Of a DNA stretch of 38,939 nt, positions 21,962 to 31,684 are shown one piece after another (position 1 is the stretch's first letter; each line of letters begins with the position of its first letter). The position numbers and the translations under genes were made by a program. The notes under the pieces were generated by a model. The model was not told where the DNA came from, searched no databases, and saw only the letters and a program-made list of their open reading frames with translations. This DNA comes from an uncultured Candidatus Saccharibacteria bacterium (GTDB lineage: Bacteria > Patescibacteriota > Doudnabacteria > UBA920), in assembly GCA_964561655.1 (NCBI GenBank), contig CAZLQG010000004.1, positions 1-38,939 on the forward strand. The letters run 5' to 3'.

Positions 21962-23686
21962 ATGGAAGAATTTAAATTATTTTACGAAATCACCGCTGTT
22001 TTGGTTGTGGCAGGGCTAATTGCCATGCTGGTTTCGCTGCTTAGGCAGCCAAGCATCATCGCTTTTATTTTAACCGGCCTGATTGTCGGTCCTTTGGGTT
22101 ATTCCCAGTTTCATGCCGGCGCTACTTTGGATACGCTTGGGCAAATCGGCATTGCCCTTTTATTGTTTATGGTGGGTTTGGAACTAAATTTCCGGCACAT
22201 AAAACAGTTGGGCAAAGTCGCGTTAATTACAGGGCTGGGACAAATAATTTTTACCGCCAGCATTGGATATTTAATTGTAAAACTTTTGGGTTTTTCCAGT
22301 ATTCCCGCGCTTTATATTGCAATAGCGCTTACATTTTCTTCCACGATTATTGTAGTTAAGCTGCTTACGGAAAAGCGGGATCTGCAAAGTCTTTACGCCC
22401 GTATTTGCGTGGGCTTTTTAATTGTTCAGGATTTTGCCGCTTTGGCTATTTTAATTTTTTTGGGGGGCATTTCGGCAGTTTCTGGCGATCCGTTCAGGCA
22501 GCTTCCCTCTTGGCAGTTTTTAATAGCCAGTGGTATAAAAGTTTTGGTGCTTATTTTGCTTTTGCTTTGGATAAGCAGGCATGTATTTCCAAAACTTTTG
22601 GGTAGGTTCCAAAAATCCGACGAATTGCTTTTGATTTTTTCCATGGCCTGGGCTTTAGGGCTTGCCGCGTTTATGTCTCTGCCGATTATTGGCTTTTCTT
22701 TGGAAGTTGGCGGTTTTGTCGCGGGCCTTGCTTTAGCCAACTCGCAGGTGCATTACGAAATTAGCGCGCGCATAAAATCTTTGCGCGATTTTTTTATAGT
22801 TATCTTTTTCATAGTTTTTGGTACAAAATTAGTTTTTGCAGGGATAGGCGCTTTGTTTTTGCCGGCAATTTTACTTTCGCTGTTTGTGCTTATCGGTAAT
22901 CCGTTGATTATGCTGTTTATTATGGGGGCTTTGGGTTATAAGCCGAGGACTTCATTTTTTGCGGCCGTAACCGTGGCGCAAATCAGCGAATTTAGTTTTG
23001 TGGTAGTGGCTTTGGGCAACCGCCTGGGCCACGTTTCCGACCAGGTTTTGGGACTAGTCACTTTGGTTGGGATAATTACCATCACAGCTTCTTCTTATAT
23101 GATTTTGTATTCCCGACAGCTTTATAAATTTTTGCGCGTTCCCCTTTCGTGGTTTGATTTTAGAAACGGGGTCAGCGAAAAAAAGTCTAAAGAAGGAGTT
23201 CTAAAGAACCATATCGTTTTAGTGGGCGCACATCGGTTGGGTTCACACTTGGTGAATTCTTTGGAGAAACTTAAAAAATCTTTGGTTATAGTCGATTTTG
23301 ACCCCAATATAGTAAAGCATTACGCGCGTGCCGGGCATAACATAATTTGCGGCGATATTACCGACCCCTATATTCAAGAGCAGGTAAATTTAACCGGCGC
23401 TTCCTTGGTGATTTCCACAGTGCCGAGCATTGATGATAATTTGGCGCTTTTAGACAGCGTGAAAAAGCTTACTTGGGGGAAAAGGGATAAGCCAAAATTA
23501 ATTTTTGCCGCGCAGGATGAATTTGAAACCCGCCAGCTTTACGAAAAGGAAATTGACTACGTTATTTCCCCGCATTTTATTGGCGGGTTGCATTTGGCAA
23601 AAATTTTGGAAGAAGATTTCGGCGGTAGGACTTTAAAGAAACTGCGCGAAAGGCATTTAAGGGCAATAGACCAAAAAACCGCCTAA
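21962..23686 (+). CDS. Kef-type cation:proton antiporter (CPA2) with a C-terminal RCK/TrkA-N domain
   Basis: 574 aa. About 11-12 TM helices, then HIVLVGAHRLG (a Rossmann GxGxxG-like segment) and an RCK region. Confidence 0.82.
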   Translation: MEEFKLFYEITAVLVVAGLIAMLVSLLRQPSIIAFILTGLIVGPLGYSQFHAGATLDTLGQIGIALLLFMVGLELNFRHIKQLGKVALITGLGQIIFTASIGYLIVKLLGFSSIPALYIAIALTFSSTIIVVKLLTEKRDLQSLYARICVGFLIVQDFAALAILIFLGGISAVSGDPFRQLPSWQFLIASGIKVLVLILLLLWISRHVFPKLLGRFQKSDELLLIFSMAWALGLAAFMSLPIIGFSLEVGGFVAGLALANSQVHYEISARIKSLRDFFIVIFFIVFGTKLVFAGIGALFLPAILLSLFVLIGNPLIMLFIMGALGYKPRTSFFAAVTVAQISEFSFVVVALGNRLGHVSDQVLGLVTLVGIITITASSYMILYSRQLYKFLRVPLSWFDFRNGVSEKKSKEGVLKNHIVLVGAHRLGSHLVNSLEKLKKSLVIVDFDPNIVKHYARAGHNIICGDITDPYIQEQVNLTGASLVISTVPSIDDNLALLDSVKKLTWGKRDKPKLIFAAQDEFETRQLYEKEIDYVISPHFIGGLHLAKILEEDFGGRTLKKLRERHLRAIDQKTA

Positions 23687-23698
23687 ACGGCGGTTTTT
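23673..23698 (+). terminator. intrinsic terminator overlapping the antiporter stop codon
   Basis: AAAAAA-CCGCC-taaac-GGCGG-TTTTT. Confidence 0.5.
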
Positions 23699-23732
23699 CA
23701 AATTTAACTTCCTCATGCTAAAATATCATCAT

Positions 23733-25208
23733 ATGCTAAAGCTTTATAATACTCTCACTAAAAAGGTTGAGGATTTTAAGTCAATTGAAAAAGGCCGAGT
23801 GCGGTTTTATGCTTGCGGGCCTACGGTTTACGATTTTGCCCACATTGGCAATTTAAGAACTTATATTTTTGAAGATATCCTCCTTCGAGTCTTGAAATAC
23901 AATGGCTATAAAGTTGAGCATGCCATGAACATTACGGATGTAGGACATCTTGTGGGCGATGGCGACGAAGGTGAAGACAAGCTGGAAGTCGGAGCCAAAC
24001 GAGAAGGCAAATCCCCTCTTGAAATCGCAAAGAAGTATGAAAAAAAGTTTTTTGAAGATCTAGCGGAATTAAATATAATCAAACCCCAAAAGATTTTATC
24101 TGCTACACAATCTATAAAAGAACAAATAGCAATTATTAAAGAGTTAGAGAAGAAAGGTTTTACGTATAAGGGAAAACAAGCTATTTATTTTGACACATCA
24201 AAATTGCCCGATTACGGAAAGCTTTCTGGGCAAAAATTAAGTGAGAAAAAAATTGGTGCGCGTGAAGACGTGGTTATAGATAAGGACAAAAAACATCCTG
24301 CGGATTTTGCTTTGTGGTTCTTTTTAACCGGACGATATAAAAATCATATTCTCCATTGGTCTTCCCCATGGGGAAAAGGTTTTCCCGGTTGGCATATTGA
24401 ATGTAGTGCTATCTCGCGCAAACTCTTAGGACAGCCGTTTGATATTCACGCCGGCGGCGTAGACCACATTGGCACACATCACACCAACGAAATTGCACAG
24501 TCGGAAACTGCTTTCGGTACTCCTCTTGCTAACGTTTGGATGCACGGCGAATTTTTGTTGATCGATTCCGGCAGAATGGGAAAAAGCGAGGGGAATTTGC
24601 TGACGCTGGATGCTTTGAAAGAAAAAGGTTTCAGTCCGCTTGATTATAGATATATGTGCCTGCAGGCTCACTACAGAACGCAATTAAATTTTACAAAGGA
24701 TACTTTGGACAGTGCAAAAGCAGGATTAAAACATACGGAAATCACAGTTTCAGTATTGAAGGCTCTCGCAAACAATAGAAAAGGTAAAATAATCACAGAT
24801 TTTAATTATATCCAATCAGGAAGACCAATTAATCTTTTTAAAAGGTTTGAAGAATCAATAAATAATGACTTAAATATTCCTGAGGCGAAAGCTCAGATGG
24901 ATATATTATTAAGTATGAGTAGCCACTCGCTGGAGGAAGGTAAGTATGCAGCTGAGGATGTGCTAGCGACAATAGAGCATATGGATGAGATTTTTGGATT
25001 AAACTTATCTCAAATACAGCCAAAACTTGATTTGCAAGTATCGGAATTACCATCGGACGTTAAAGAGCTATTTGTTCAACGCCAACAAGCTCGTGAGCAA
25101 AAGGATTTCGCTAAGTGCGACAAACTTAGAAAACAAATAGAAGACTTGGGTTATGAAGTTATGGATACGCCGGAGGGGCAGAAGGTGAAAAAGAAAATAC
25201 GTATTTAA
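23733..25208 (+). CDS. cysS: cysteinyl-tRNA synthetase
   Basis: HIGN motif (FAHIGNLRT) and a KMSKS-like RMGKSEGN. Class I Cys-specific WHIECS. The start could also be the ATG at 23715. Confidence 0.92.
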   Translation: MLKLYNTLTKKVEDFKSIEKGRVRFYACGPTVYDFAHIGNLRTYIFEDILLRVLKYNGYKVEHAMNITDVGHLVGDGDEGEDKLEVGAKREGKSPLEIAKKYEKKFFEDLAELNIIKPQKILSATQSIKEQIAIIKELEKKGFTYKGKQAIYFDTSKLPDYGKLSGQKLSEKKIGAREDVVIDKDKKHPADFALWFFLTGRYKNHILHWSSPWGKGFPGWHIECSAISRKLLGQPFDIHAGGVDHIGTHHTNEIAQSETAFGTPLANVWMHGEFLLIDSGRMGKSEGNLLTLDALKEKGFSPLDYRYMCLQAHYRTQLNFTKDTLDSAKAGLKHTEITVSVLKALANNRKGKIITDFNYIQSGRPINLFKRFEESINNDLNIPEAKAQMDILLSMSSHSLEEGKYAAEDVLATIEHMDEIFGLNLSQIQPKLDLQVSELPSDVKELFVQRQQAREQKDFAKCDKLRKQIEDLGYEVMDTPEGQKVKKKIRI

Positions 25209-25235
25209 ATACGTATTATAATACTTACTATTTAG

Positions 25236-25267
25236 AAAACACCCCGATACAATTCGGGGTGTTTTTT
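25236..25267. terminator. bidirectional intrinsic terminator
   Basis: AAAA-CACCCCGA-tacaat-TCGGGGTG-TTTTTT. Confidence 0.65.
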
Positions 25268-25277
25268 CGTTTCTAGT

Positions 25278-25397
25278 TTATTGGTTGTCCTGCTCTTCTT
25301 CACTAGCTTCGTCCACGCCTGCCACGCCGGCGTCGCTTGTGTCATCGCTGTCGCCGCCCATGGTTCCCACGGAATCGTCTTCGTCTTCAAAAAACAT
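25278..25397 (-). CDS. possible 39-aa highly acidic mini-protein (speculative)
   Basis: Minus-strand ATG at 25397 and TAA at 25280-25278. Translation is MFFEDEDDSVGTMGGDSDDTSDAGVAGVDEASEEEQDNQ. It lies in a visibly GC-rich island. A TATAAT box sits ~28 nt upstream, there is no clear SD, and the ORF ends at the bidirectional terminator. Confidence 0.25.
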   Translation of the reverse strand: MFFEDEDDSVGTMGGDSDDTSDAGVAGVDEASEEEQDNQ

Positions 25398-25530
25398 TTT
25401 TTTTGCGTTAATGTTCTTGGTGCAAGGATTATATCAGAAGGCAGGCCTTTTAGGCTATAGAGGTTTTCCACAAGGGAAAGTTTTCCACCAGCTATCCCCT
25501 TTTTATGCGGAAATAAGCGCAAAATTAGTC

Positions 25531-25559
25531 TTGGAAGCCCGCCTAAAACAGGCTATAAT
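25531..25559 (+). promoter_or_regulatory. sigma70-like promoter for dnaB
   Basis: TTGGAA, 17-nt spacer, TATAAT. It ends 14 nt before the dnaB ATG. Confidence 0.5.
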
Positions 25560-25572
25560 ATATAGACCATTT

Positions 25573-26997
25573 ATGTCCGATAATCAATCACAAATTCAAA
25601 GAATCCCTCCCCAAAATTTGGAGGCGGAAGGGTCGGTACTCGGCAGCGTTATGCTGGACAAAGACGCGATTATAAAGATCGCGGACGTAGTTTCCGCGGA
25701 CGACTTTTATGACAACCGCCACAGGCTGATTTTTGAAAACGTTTTGGAGCTGTTTGCCAAAAATATTTCCGTGGATATTTTAACGCTGACTAACCTTTTG
25801 GAAGAAAAAAAACTTTTGGAAAAATGCGGCGGAAGCAGCTATTTGACGGAGATGGTCAACAGCGTGCCTTCGGCGGGCAACGTGGTGCATTACGCTTTTA
25901 TTGTAAGAAAAAAAGGCGCGTTGAGAAAGTTGATTAAAACCGCTTCCGAAATTAACGAGCTGGCTTTTAATGAAGAGGGTGAAGTGGAAGAAATTCTGGA
26001 CCAGGCGGAGCAAAAACTTTTTGGCGTGTCCCAGCAGCATTTAAAGCAGAATTTTGTTCCGATTACTTCGGTTTTGCATTCCACGTTTGAAAGGATAGAT
26101 GAACTGCACCGCGAAAAAGGCAAACTGCGCGGGCTACCTACGGGTTTTGTGGATTTGGATAACTTGCTCGGGGGTCTGCAAAAGAGCGATCTTGTTGTTC
26201 TGGCCTCTAGGCCCTCCATGGGAAAGACTTCTTTGGCTTTGGACATTGTAAGAAGCATGGGCGTGCACCATAAAATTCCGGTTGGAATATTTTCTTTGGA
26301 AATGAGCAAAGATCAATTAGTTGACAGGCTGCTTTCCGCCCAAAGCGACGTGAATTTGTGGAAGATCAGGACCGGCCATTTGAATGACGAGGATTTTGAA
26401 AAAATCGGGCAGGCTATGGGCGAACTTTCGGAGTCTCCCATTTTTATAGACGATGCGGCCGGCAGCAACATTATGGAAGTGCGCACCAAAGCCAGAAGAC
26501 TGCACGCTGAGCACGACGTTGGAATTTTGGTAGTTGACTATCTTCAGTTGATGGAAGGACGCTCCCAGGAAAACCGCGTGCAGGAAGTTTCGGAAATCTC
26601 GCGTGCTTTAAAAATTTTAGCGCGCGAACTTAACATCCCGGTTTTGGCGCTTTCCCAGCTTTCCAGAAATGTGGAAAACCGCCCCGATAAAGTCCCCCAG
26701 CTGGCGGACCTGCGCGAATCCGGAAGCATTGAGCAGGACGCGGATGTGGTGATGTTTATTTACCGTGAAGATATGTACAGAGGCAAAGACAGCAGAAGGC
26801 CGAACATTGCGGAAATTTATATAAAGAAGCACAGAAATGGCCCTACCGGGCAGATAGATCTGTTTTTTGATCAGGATAAAACTTCTTTTAAGAACTTGGA
26901 CAAAACTTTTGATACCTCACCGCAGGCGGTAATGCAGAATGTTGAAGAATCTGAAGAAACACCAGGTGGTTTAGAGCCGGCACCGGGACTTACATAA
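25573..26997 (+). CDS. dnaB: replicative DNA helicase DnaB
   Basis: I place the start at the internal ATG (MSDNQSQIQRIPPQNLEAEGSVLGSVMLD). Walker A is SRPSMGKTSLAL, with RecA-like motifs. The 96 codons upstream in the track ORF are low-complexity and non-homologous. Confidence 0.92.
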   Translation: MSDNQSQIQRIPPQNLEAEGSVLGSVMLDKDAIIKIADVVSADDFYDNRHRLIFENVLELFAKNISVDILTLTNLLEEKKLLEKCGGSSYLTEMVNSVPSAGNVVHYAFIVRKKGALRKLIKTASEINELAFNEEGEVEEILDQAEQKLFGVSQQHLKQNFVPITSVLHSTFERIDELHREKGKLRGLPTGFVDLDNLLGGLQKSDLVVLASRPSMGKTSLALDIVRSMGVHHKIPVGIFSLEMSKDQLVDRLLSAQSDVNLWKIRTGHLNDEDFEKIGQAMGELSESPIFIDDAAGSNIMEVRTKARRLHAEHDVGILVVDYLQLMEGRSQENRVQEVSEISRALKILARELNIPVLALSQLSRNVENRPDKVPQLADLRESGSIEQDADVVMFIYREDMYRGKDSRRPNIAEIYIKKHRNGPTGQIDLFFDQDKTSFKNLDKTFDTSPQAVMQNVEESEETPGGLEPAPGLT

Positions 26998-27068
26998 TCA
27001 AGGTAATCATTTAAACATATAAACAATAATGTTTGAATATTGCATACTTAAGTATTTATATAATTTTT

Positions 27069-27674
27069 ATGGCTCGACTTCCGTCCAGCTTACAAAAACT
27101 TATAAATGAACTTTCTAAGCTTCCCGGCATTGGCCCAAAAACCGCCCAGCGGCTTAGTTTTTATTTGCTTAAAAAAGACAATATAGATTTAGAGCAACTT
27201 TCATCAGCGGTCGCAAATTTAAAACAAGGCGTGGTTTTTTGCTCCACCTGTCATCATATGGCGGAAACCGACCCGTGTTCTATTTGCACAGATGATAAGC
27301 GTGACAGGTCTGTAATTTGCGTTGTGGAAGAGCCTATGGATGTTGTCGCAATCGATAAAACCGATAAGTACAATGGCCTGTTCCATGTGCTTGGCGGGGT
27401 TTTAACGCCCCTAGAAGGCATCGGCCCGGAAGATTTGAAAATAGATTCTTTATTGGACAGAATAAAGAATCAAACTATCGCCGAAGTAATTATTGCCACT
27501 AATCCTTCGCTAGAAGGAGAAACTACGGCGATGCATCTTTCTAAAGTTATTAGAGCCTCCCATTCAACAATTAAGATTAGCAGAATCGCCCACGGCCTTC
27601 CTATGGGCGGCGACCTTGAATACGTGGATGATATTACTTTAACGAGAGCGCTGGAAGGAAGAAGGGAGTATTAA
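27069..27674 (+). CDS. recR: recombination protein RecR
   Basis: MARLPSSLQKLINELSKLPGIGPKTAQRL (HhH), a C4 zinc finger (CSTCHH...CSIC), and a Toprim domain. Confidence 0.92.
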   Translation: MARLPSSLQKLINELSKLPGIGPKTAQRLSFYLLKKDNIDLEQLSSAVANLKQGVVFCSTCHHMAETDPCSICTDDKRDRSVICVVEEPMDVVAIDKTDKYNGLFHVLGGVLTPLEGIGPEDLKIDSLLDRIKNQTIAEVIIATNPSLEGETTAMHLSKVIRASHSTIKISRIAHGLPMGGDLEYVDDITLTRALEGRREY

Positions 27675-27944
27675 ATAATGGTAAGAAACATTTATTATTA
27701 AAGATTAAAAGGAATTTTAACAATATGTTTTTCCCAGAGACAATGAGTATCCTGAAAAGGCAATTTTTGACGCACTAACATGCGATAGCAGCGCCGAAGG
27801 TTGTAATCCAGATTGGCGTCATGAAGTTTTATCTAACGCTGATCCAGCGTTAGTCAGAAAAATTCGGCAAGAGTTAAGTAGGAATCTAGACGAATTACCG
27901 CAAGAAATAGAGAGTAGGTTAAGAAAAGAGGGAAAATTATAAAT

Positions 27945-27975
27945 AAAAAACTAACCTAAATAGGTTAGTTTTTTA
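27945..27975. terminator. bidirectional intrinsic terminator
   Basis: AAAAAA-CTAACCTA-aa-TAGGTTAG-TTTTTT. Confidence 0.6.
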
Positions 27976-28281
27976 TTAAATTTTTGTCATTTCTATTTCT
28001 GTGTAGTGCTGTCTGTGGCCTTGGCGCTTACGGTAGCGGGATTTGGCTTTGTATTTAAAGACGCGGATTTTTTTGCCTCTCCCCTGTTTTAAGATTTTGG
28101 CTTCCACGGTTTTGCCTGTCAGGTAAGGTTTGCCAATGTCAAAAGTTTTGCCGTCTTCGGTGAAGAGGACTGTATCGAATTTTATAATGTCACCTTCTTT
28201 GCCGGAAAGCTTTTCTACCCGGATTTTTTCGCCCTTGGAAACCATATACTGTTTTCCGCCGGTTTCAATAATTGCGTTCAT
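27976..28281 (-). CDS. rplU: 50S ribosomal protein L21
   Basis: 101 aa. MNAIIETGGKQYMVSKGEKIRVEKL is a classic L21 N-terminus. Confidence 0.92.
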   Translation of the reverse strand: MNAIIETGGKQYMVSKGEKIRVEKLSGKEGDIIKFDTVLFTEDGKTFDIGKPYLTGKTVEAKILKQGRGKKIRVFKYKAKSRYRKRQGHRQHYTEIEMTKI

Positions 28282-28381
28282 AGAGATTTAGAGAATTAGT
28301 GAGTTAGAAAATTATAAATTTAAAAAATACAATAAGGAAATTTTATCAGATTTTGCGCTTATCGTCAACCCCGTTAGAAGC

Positions 28382-29521
28382 TCAATAAGTCAGCTTATCA
28401 TCAGGTTCGCTAAATGTTTTGTTTCTAACGGGGTTAGCGCCTTTTTTAGCCGCATCAAACAAATCCGGAATATGAGGGTGCTGGCGTTTGTAAATCATTA
28501 CTACCGCAATGACTATTCCCACCATCGTCAGGAACAAAATAATAAGGGCTATAAGTTTGCCCAAACTTTGCAAAAACACCGCTGTGAAGCCAAAAATTGC
28601 GCTTATGGCGTATAGCGTGAGCACAGTTTGGCGGTGCGAAAGGCCTATGTCCAAAAGCCTATAATGCAGGTGCTTGCGGTCGCCCACAAAGGGGCTGGAG
28701 CGGTAAAAAACTCTTCTTACAATAACCCAGGCAACATCCAAAATGGGAATGCCCATAACGAGCAAAGCGGTGGCTATTTTTGCCCCCAAAATAATGGCAA
28801 GAACCCCAAGGCCAAAGCCGGCAAAGGTGCTGCCGGTTTCTCCTAAGAATATGGAGGCCGGGTGGAAGTTGTAAAGAAGGAAGCCTAGGAAAGCCCCGGC
28901 AAAAATTATGGCTATACTTGCCGTAATCGGCTGGTTTACTCTTTCGGTGAGCGAGAGCGCGAACATGGTAAGCCCGCCAATTACGGCTATGCCGGAAGTA
29001 AGCCCGTCGAGTCCATCCAAAAACTTAGTGGTGTAAATCATGCCCATCATCCATACCCACATAATAATCGCGGAAAGCGGGATGGAAAAAATCATATGGC
29101 CGATGTTAAACGGCGCGCCGAATGGATTACTAATGAATTTAATCCCCACGCCTATTCCGGACAAAACAACAATCAAAGACGCTAAAGCTGGAAACAGCCA
29201 GGAAAGTTTTGGCGCTAAATTGAATTTGTCGTCCAATGCGCCGCCAATTGCCAAAATAAAACCGCCTAAAATAACTGCGCCAAAAAATTTTAACGGCACA
29301 ATGTTTAAATCGGGTTTGGAAAAAATCAGAAAAAGAATTATTGAGAGCGTAAAAGCAACATATACGCCTGCTCCTCCCAAAAGCGGCGTGGGTTTTTCGT
29401 GAATTTTTCGGGAGAGGATCGGTAAATCCAAAACTTGGAACTTAATGGCAAGTTTTTTTATAAGGGGTATAAGCAGAAGGGCAAACCCGAACGAAATTAA
29501 GAACCAAAAAGCATAAATCAT
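28382..29521 (-). CDS. polyprenyl-phosphate N-acetylhexosamine-1-phosphate transferase (MraY/WecA, GT4 family)
   Basis: 379 aa polytopic protein with DDKFNL and FLDGLDGL motifs typical of the MraY/WecA superfamily. Its ATG overlaps the stop of the upstream GT2 gene (ATGA). Confidence 0.8.
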   Translation of the reverse strand: MIYAFWFLISFGFALLLIPLIKKLAIKFQVLDLPILSRKIHEKPTPLLGGAGVYVAFTLSIILFLIFSKPDLNIVPLKFFGAVILGGFILAIGGALDDKFNLAPKLSWLFPALASLIVVLSGIGVGIKFISNPFGAPFNIGHMIFSIPLSAIIMWVWMMGMIYTTKFLDGLDGLTSGIAVIGGLTMFALSLTERVNQPITASIAIIFAGAFLGFLLYNFHPASIFLGETGSTFAGFGLGVLAIILGAKIATALLVMGIPILDVAWVIVRRVFYRSSPFVGDRKHLHYRLLDIGLSHRQTVLTLYAISAIFGFTAVFLQSLGKLIALIILFLTMVGIVIAVVMIYKRQHPHIPDLFDAAKKGANPVRNKTFSEPDDKLTY

Positions 29522-31248
29522 TTGTATTTTGATTGCCCGTAACGACTTACGTCTTGCGAAGTCGGGGGGGTCATTCGTAATTTATCGTTTACCGTATTAG
29601 CGGCCTGCATATCCTTCATGGTAAGGCCGGTATTTTCACCCAGTCGGGCTTTTGGGGTAACCCAGAATTCTAAATACTTGCCAAGCATAAGGCGGGTTTG
29701 TGCTTCTATCGCAGGAACGCTGCCAAAAATCACGGACGCTAAAGGTACCAAAAACCATTGCAAATACATAAAAATGCTTCTCCATATGCTATATTTTTTT
29801 GGCCTTGGAGGCAAAAGCACCATATTAATATAGACGCTGAAAATCAAGAAAAACAGCGCAATGTTCATTAAAGTTTTAGTCACTAAAGGCAAATTCAAAG
29901 CAACAACGGTTTCATTGAACTGGTTGCCTCCAATGAAAAGCGGTAGCCAGCCGAGCGTGGAAATTATAATGCTGGCCGTGGCCCAGTTAAAATTGCCTTC
30001 CACGTACTGATAGAGTTTGTACAGTTTGTCGTACAGCGGCGCCTGAAGTTTAAGAAGTTTAGGGATCAGATGCGGGTAATACTCTACATTGTAAGCCCAG
30101 CGCCTTTTTTGTTTATATTGATTTTTAAGCGTCTGCCAGGTACTGGAGGCCAGGCAGGTATCTAAAGAAATCGGGATGAAAAGCGGGACTACCCGGTAGT
30201 CTCCTTTAAAGTGCAGGTAGCATTGCCAAAAAATAAATCCGTCTTCGTTGACAATGTCTTTTTTCCAATACCCCACTTCTATTAGAGTTTTTAGCGGCAT
30301 TGTATGGGAGGAAAATGTCCTTAAGCGGTCTGGACGGCTGCTCTCCGTAAATTGCCAGAAAGAATTAGCAACGGACACCACGCGGATAAGCGCAGGGCTG
30401 TCCCAGATGTTATTGTTATATATCGCTATGGGTTGGTAGCTGCTTTGGTACGGTTTTTCGGCCGTTAAAAATTCGTATATGACTTTGGCAAAATATTGCG
30501 GATGCACAATGGTGTCGCTGTCAAAGTTGGAGACGAGCACTTGCTCCGGTTTGATTTGAAGGTTTCCAAGTTCCGGCAGAAGATTTTGTACGGCGTAGGC
30601 GGCGTTTGCGCTTTTGCCTTTTATTTCATCTGGCAGCCCGTCTGGGTGGATGGTAATAAAAATTTTAAAAAAATCATTTAGGTACTTTTGCCTGATTTGT
30701 TCGGCGTTTGCTTGTGCTTCTTTTCCTGCTCGTTCTTCACAGGCCAGTACCAAAATCATTTTGTCTTTGGGATATTCCGCCAAAGCCAGCGCATTAATGG
30801 TAGAGTCTAAAACTTCATAGCTTTCATCCACAAACGGAATTAGAATTAAGTGAAAATAAGGCGTAAAATCTAGTCGGGTTTTGCCCTGCCTGATTAAACC
30901 GGTAAGTCTTTTTATTTCTTCTCCGTAATATTTTTTTTCGGTTTTGTTTTTGGCTAAGTAGAGTTTGTTTTCCAAAAAATTTATAAAAGTCGGGATATCG
31001 TTGAGTTTTTTTATGTGGTCAATCCACCGGATTTTTACAAAAAATTTGAATTTCTTGTAAGAGGACCACAAATGACTGGCTACATTAATGGCTTTGAGCA
31101 CCCAATACAAATCAAAACAAATAATAAACAACGCGGCCCAAACCGGCTGATAGTAGGAAAGCAAAATTGCGCCGAAAAAAACCAGCCAGAATTGCATCCC
31201 TGGTAAAATTTCCCAAAATCTCTCTTTCGCCGTTCTTTTTCTGAACAT
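29518..31248 (-). CDS. membrane-embedded family 2 glycosyltransferase, processive-synthase-like
   Basis: 576 aa. N- and C-terminal TM helices flank a GT-A domain with FDSDT and a Q-x-x-R-W-type motif (KQKRRWAYN). Confidence 0.72.
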   Translation of the reverse strand: MFRKRTAKERFWEILPGMQFWLVFFGAILLSYYQPVWAALFIICFDLYWVLKAINVASHLWSSYKKFKFFVKIRWIDHIKKLNDIPTFINFLENKLYLAKNKTEKKYYGEEIKRLTGLIRQGKTRLDFTPYFHLILIPFVDESYEVLDSTINALALAEYPKDKMILVLACEERAGKEAQANAEQIRQKYLNDFFKIFITIHPDGLPDEIKGKSANAAYAVQNLLPELGNLQIKPEQVLVSNFDSDTIVHPQYFAKVIYEFLTAEKPYQSSYQPIAIYNNNIWDSPALIRVVSVANSFWQFTESSRPDRLRTFSSHTMPLKTLIEVGYWKKDIVNEDGFIFWQCYLHFKGDYRVVPLFIPISLDTCLASSTWQTLKNQYKQKRRWAYNVEYYPHLIPKLLKLQAPLYDKLYKLYQYVEGNFNWATASIIISTLGWLPLFIGGNQFNETVVALNLPLVTKTLMNIALFFLIFSVYINMVLLPPRPKKYSIWRSIFMYLQWFLVPLASVIFGSVPAIEAQTRLMLGKYLEFWVTPKARLGENTGLTMKDMQAANTVNDKLRMTPPTSQDVSRYGQSKYK

Positions 31249-31250
31249 AA

Positions 31251-31607
31251 TTAATTAACGCGGATTAAAAGTAATGTGGCAGATAAAATAATCAGCCCAA
31301 CAACCAGGCTGGTAAAGATTGTCAAAAAATTAAGAAAATTTTGGTACTTTTTAAGTCTTTTAAAAAGGATGAAGTTGAGTATTGTAATAATCAGCGCCGA
31401 AAGAGGAAGGAGGTAGAGGTTCAAGCCCCTTCCGTACCATTCCACACCCGTGAATATGTTATACTTTAAAGCAATTGTTTCGTCTCTGGGATTAATTTTG
31501 AAATAGACAATAAAAAATGTTATAATGTTGATAATAATCGTCAGGAACCAGAGAAACCAAAACGTTTTTACGTAATTAAATAGAGTTTTAATAAAAGTTT
31601 TGAACAT
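31251..31607 (-). CDS. small hypothetical membrane protein (first gene of the GT2-GT4 operon)
   Basis: 118 aa with about three TM helices. Its stop lies 2 nt from the GT2 start. Confidence 0.5.
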   Translation of the reverse strand: MFKTFIKTLFNYVKTFWFLWFLTIIINIITFFIVYFKINPRDETIALKYNIFTGVEWYGRGLNLYLLPLSALIITILNFILFKRLKKYQNFLNFLTIFTSLVVGLIILSATLLLIRVN

Positions 31608-31684
31608 GTAAAAGCTTTAAATTACTGCCAAGATTATAACAGGCTTAGAGCAGTTATTACAAGGTATTTAAGAATTTGTCTTAA

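Noticed and set aside
25285-25572. 96-codon N-terminal extension of dnaB in the ORF track (also minus ORF 25232-25522)
   Set aside because: The extension is Ser/Pro-rich nonsense with a non-ATG start. A consensus promoter sits inside it at 25531-25559. DnaB homology begins at the ATG at 25573.
28367-28435. 13-bp perfect inverted repeat (AACCCCGTTAGAA / TTCTAACGGGGTT) spanning the stop codon of the WecA-like gene
   Set aside because: It is real in the sequence but has a 43-nt loop and no T-run. It is most simply a 3'-end stabilising hairpin or part of an rplU leader. Nothing further could be inferred.
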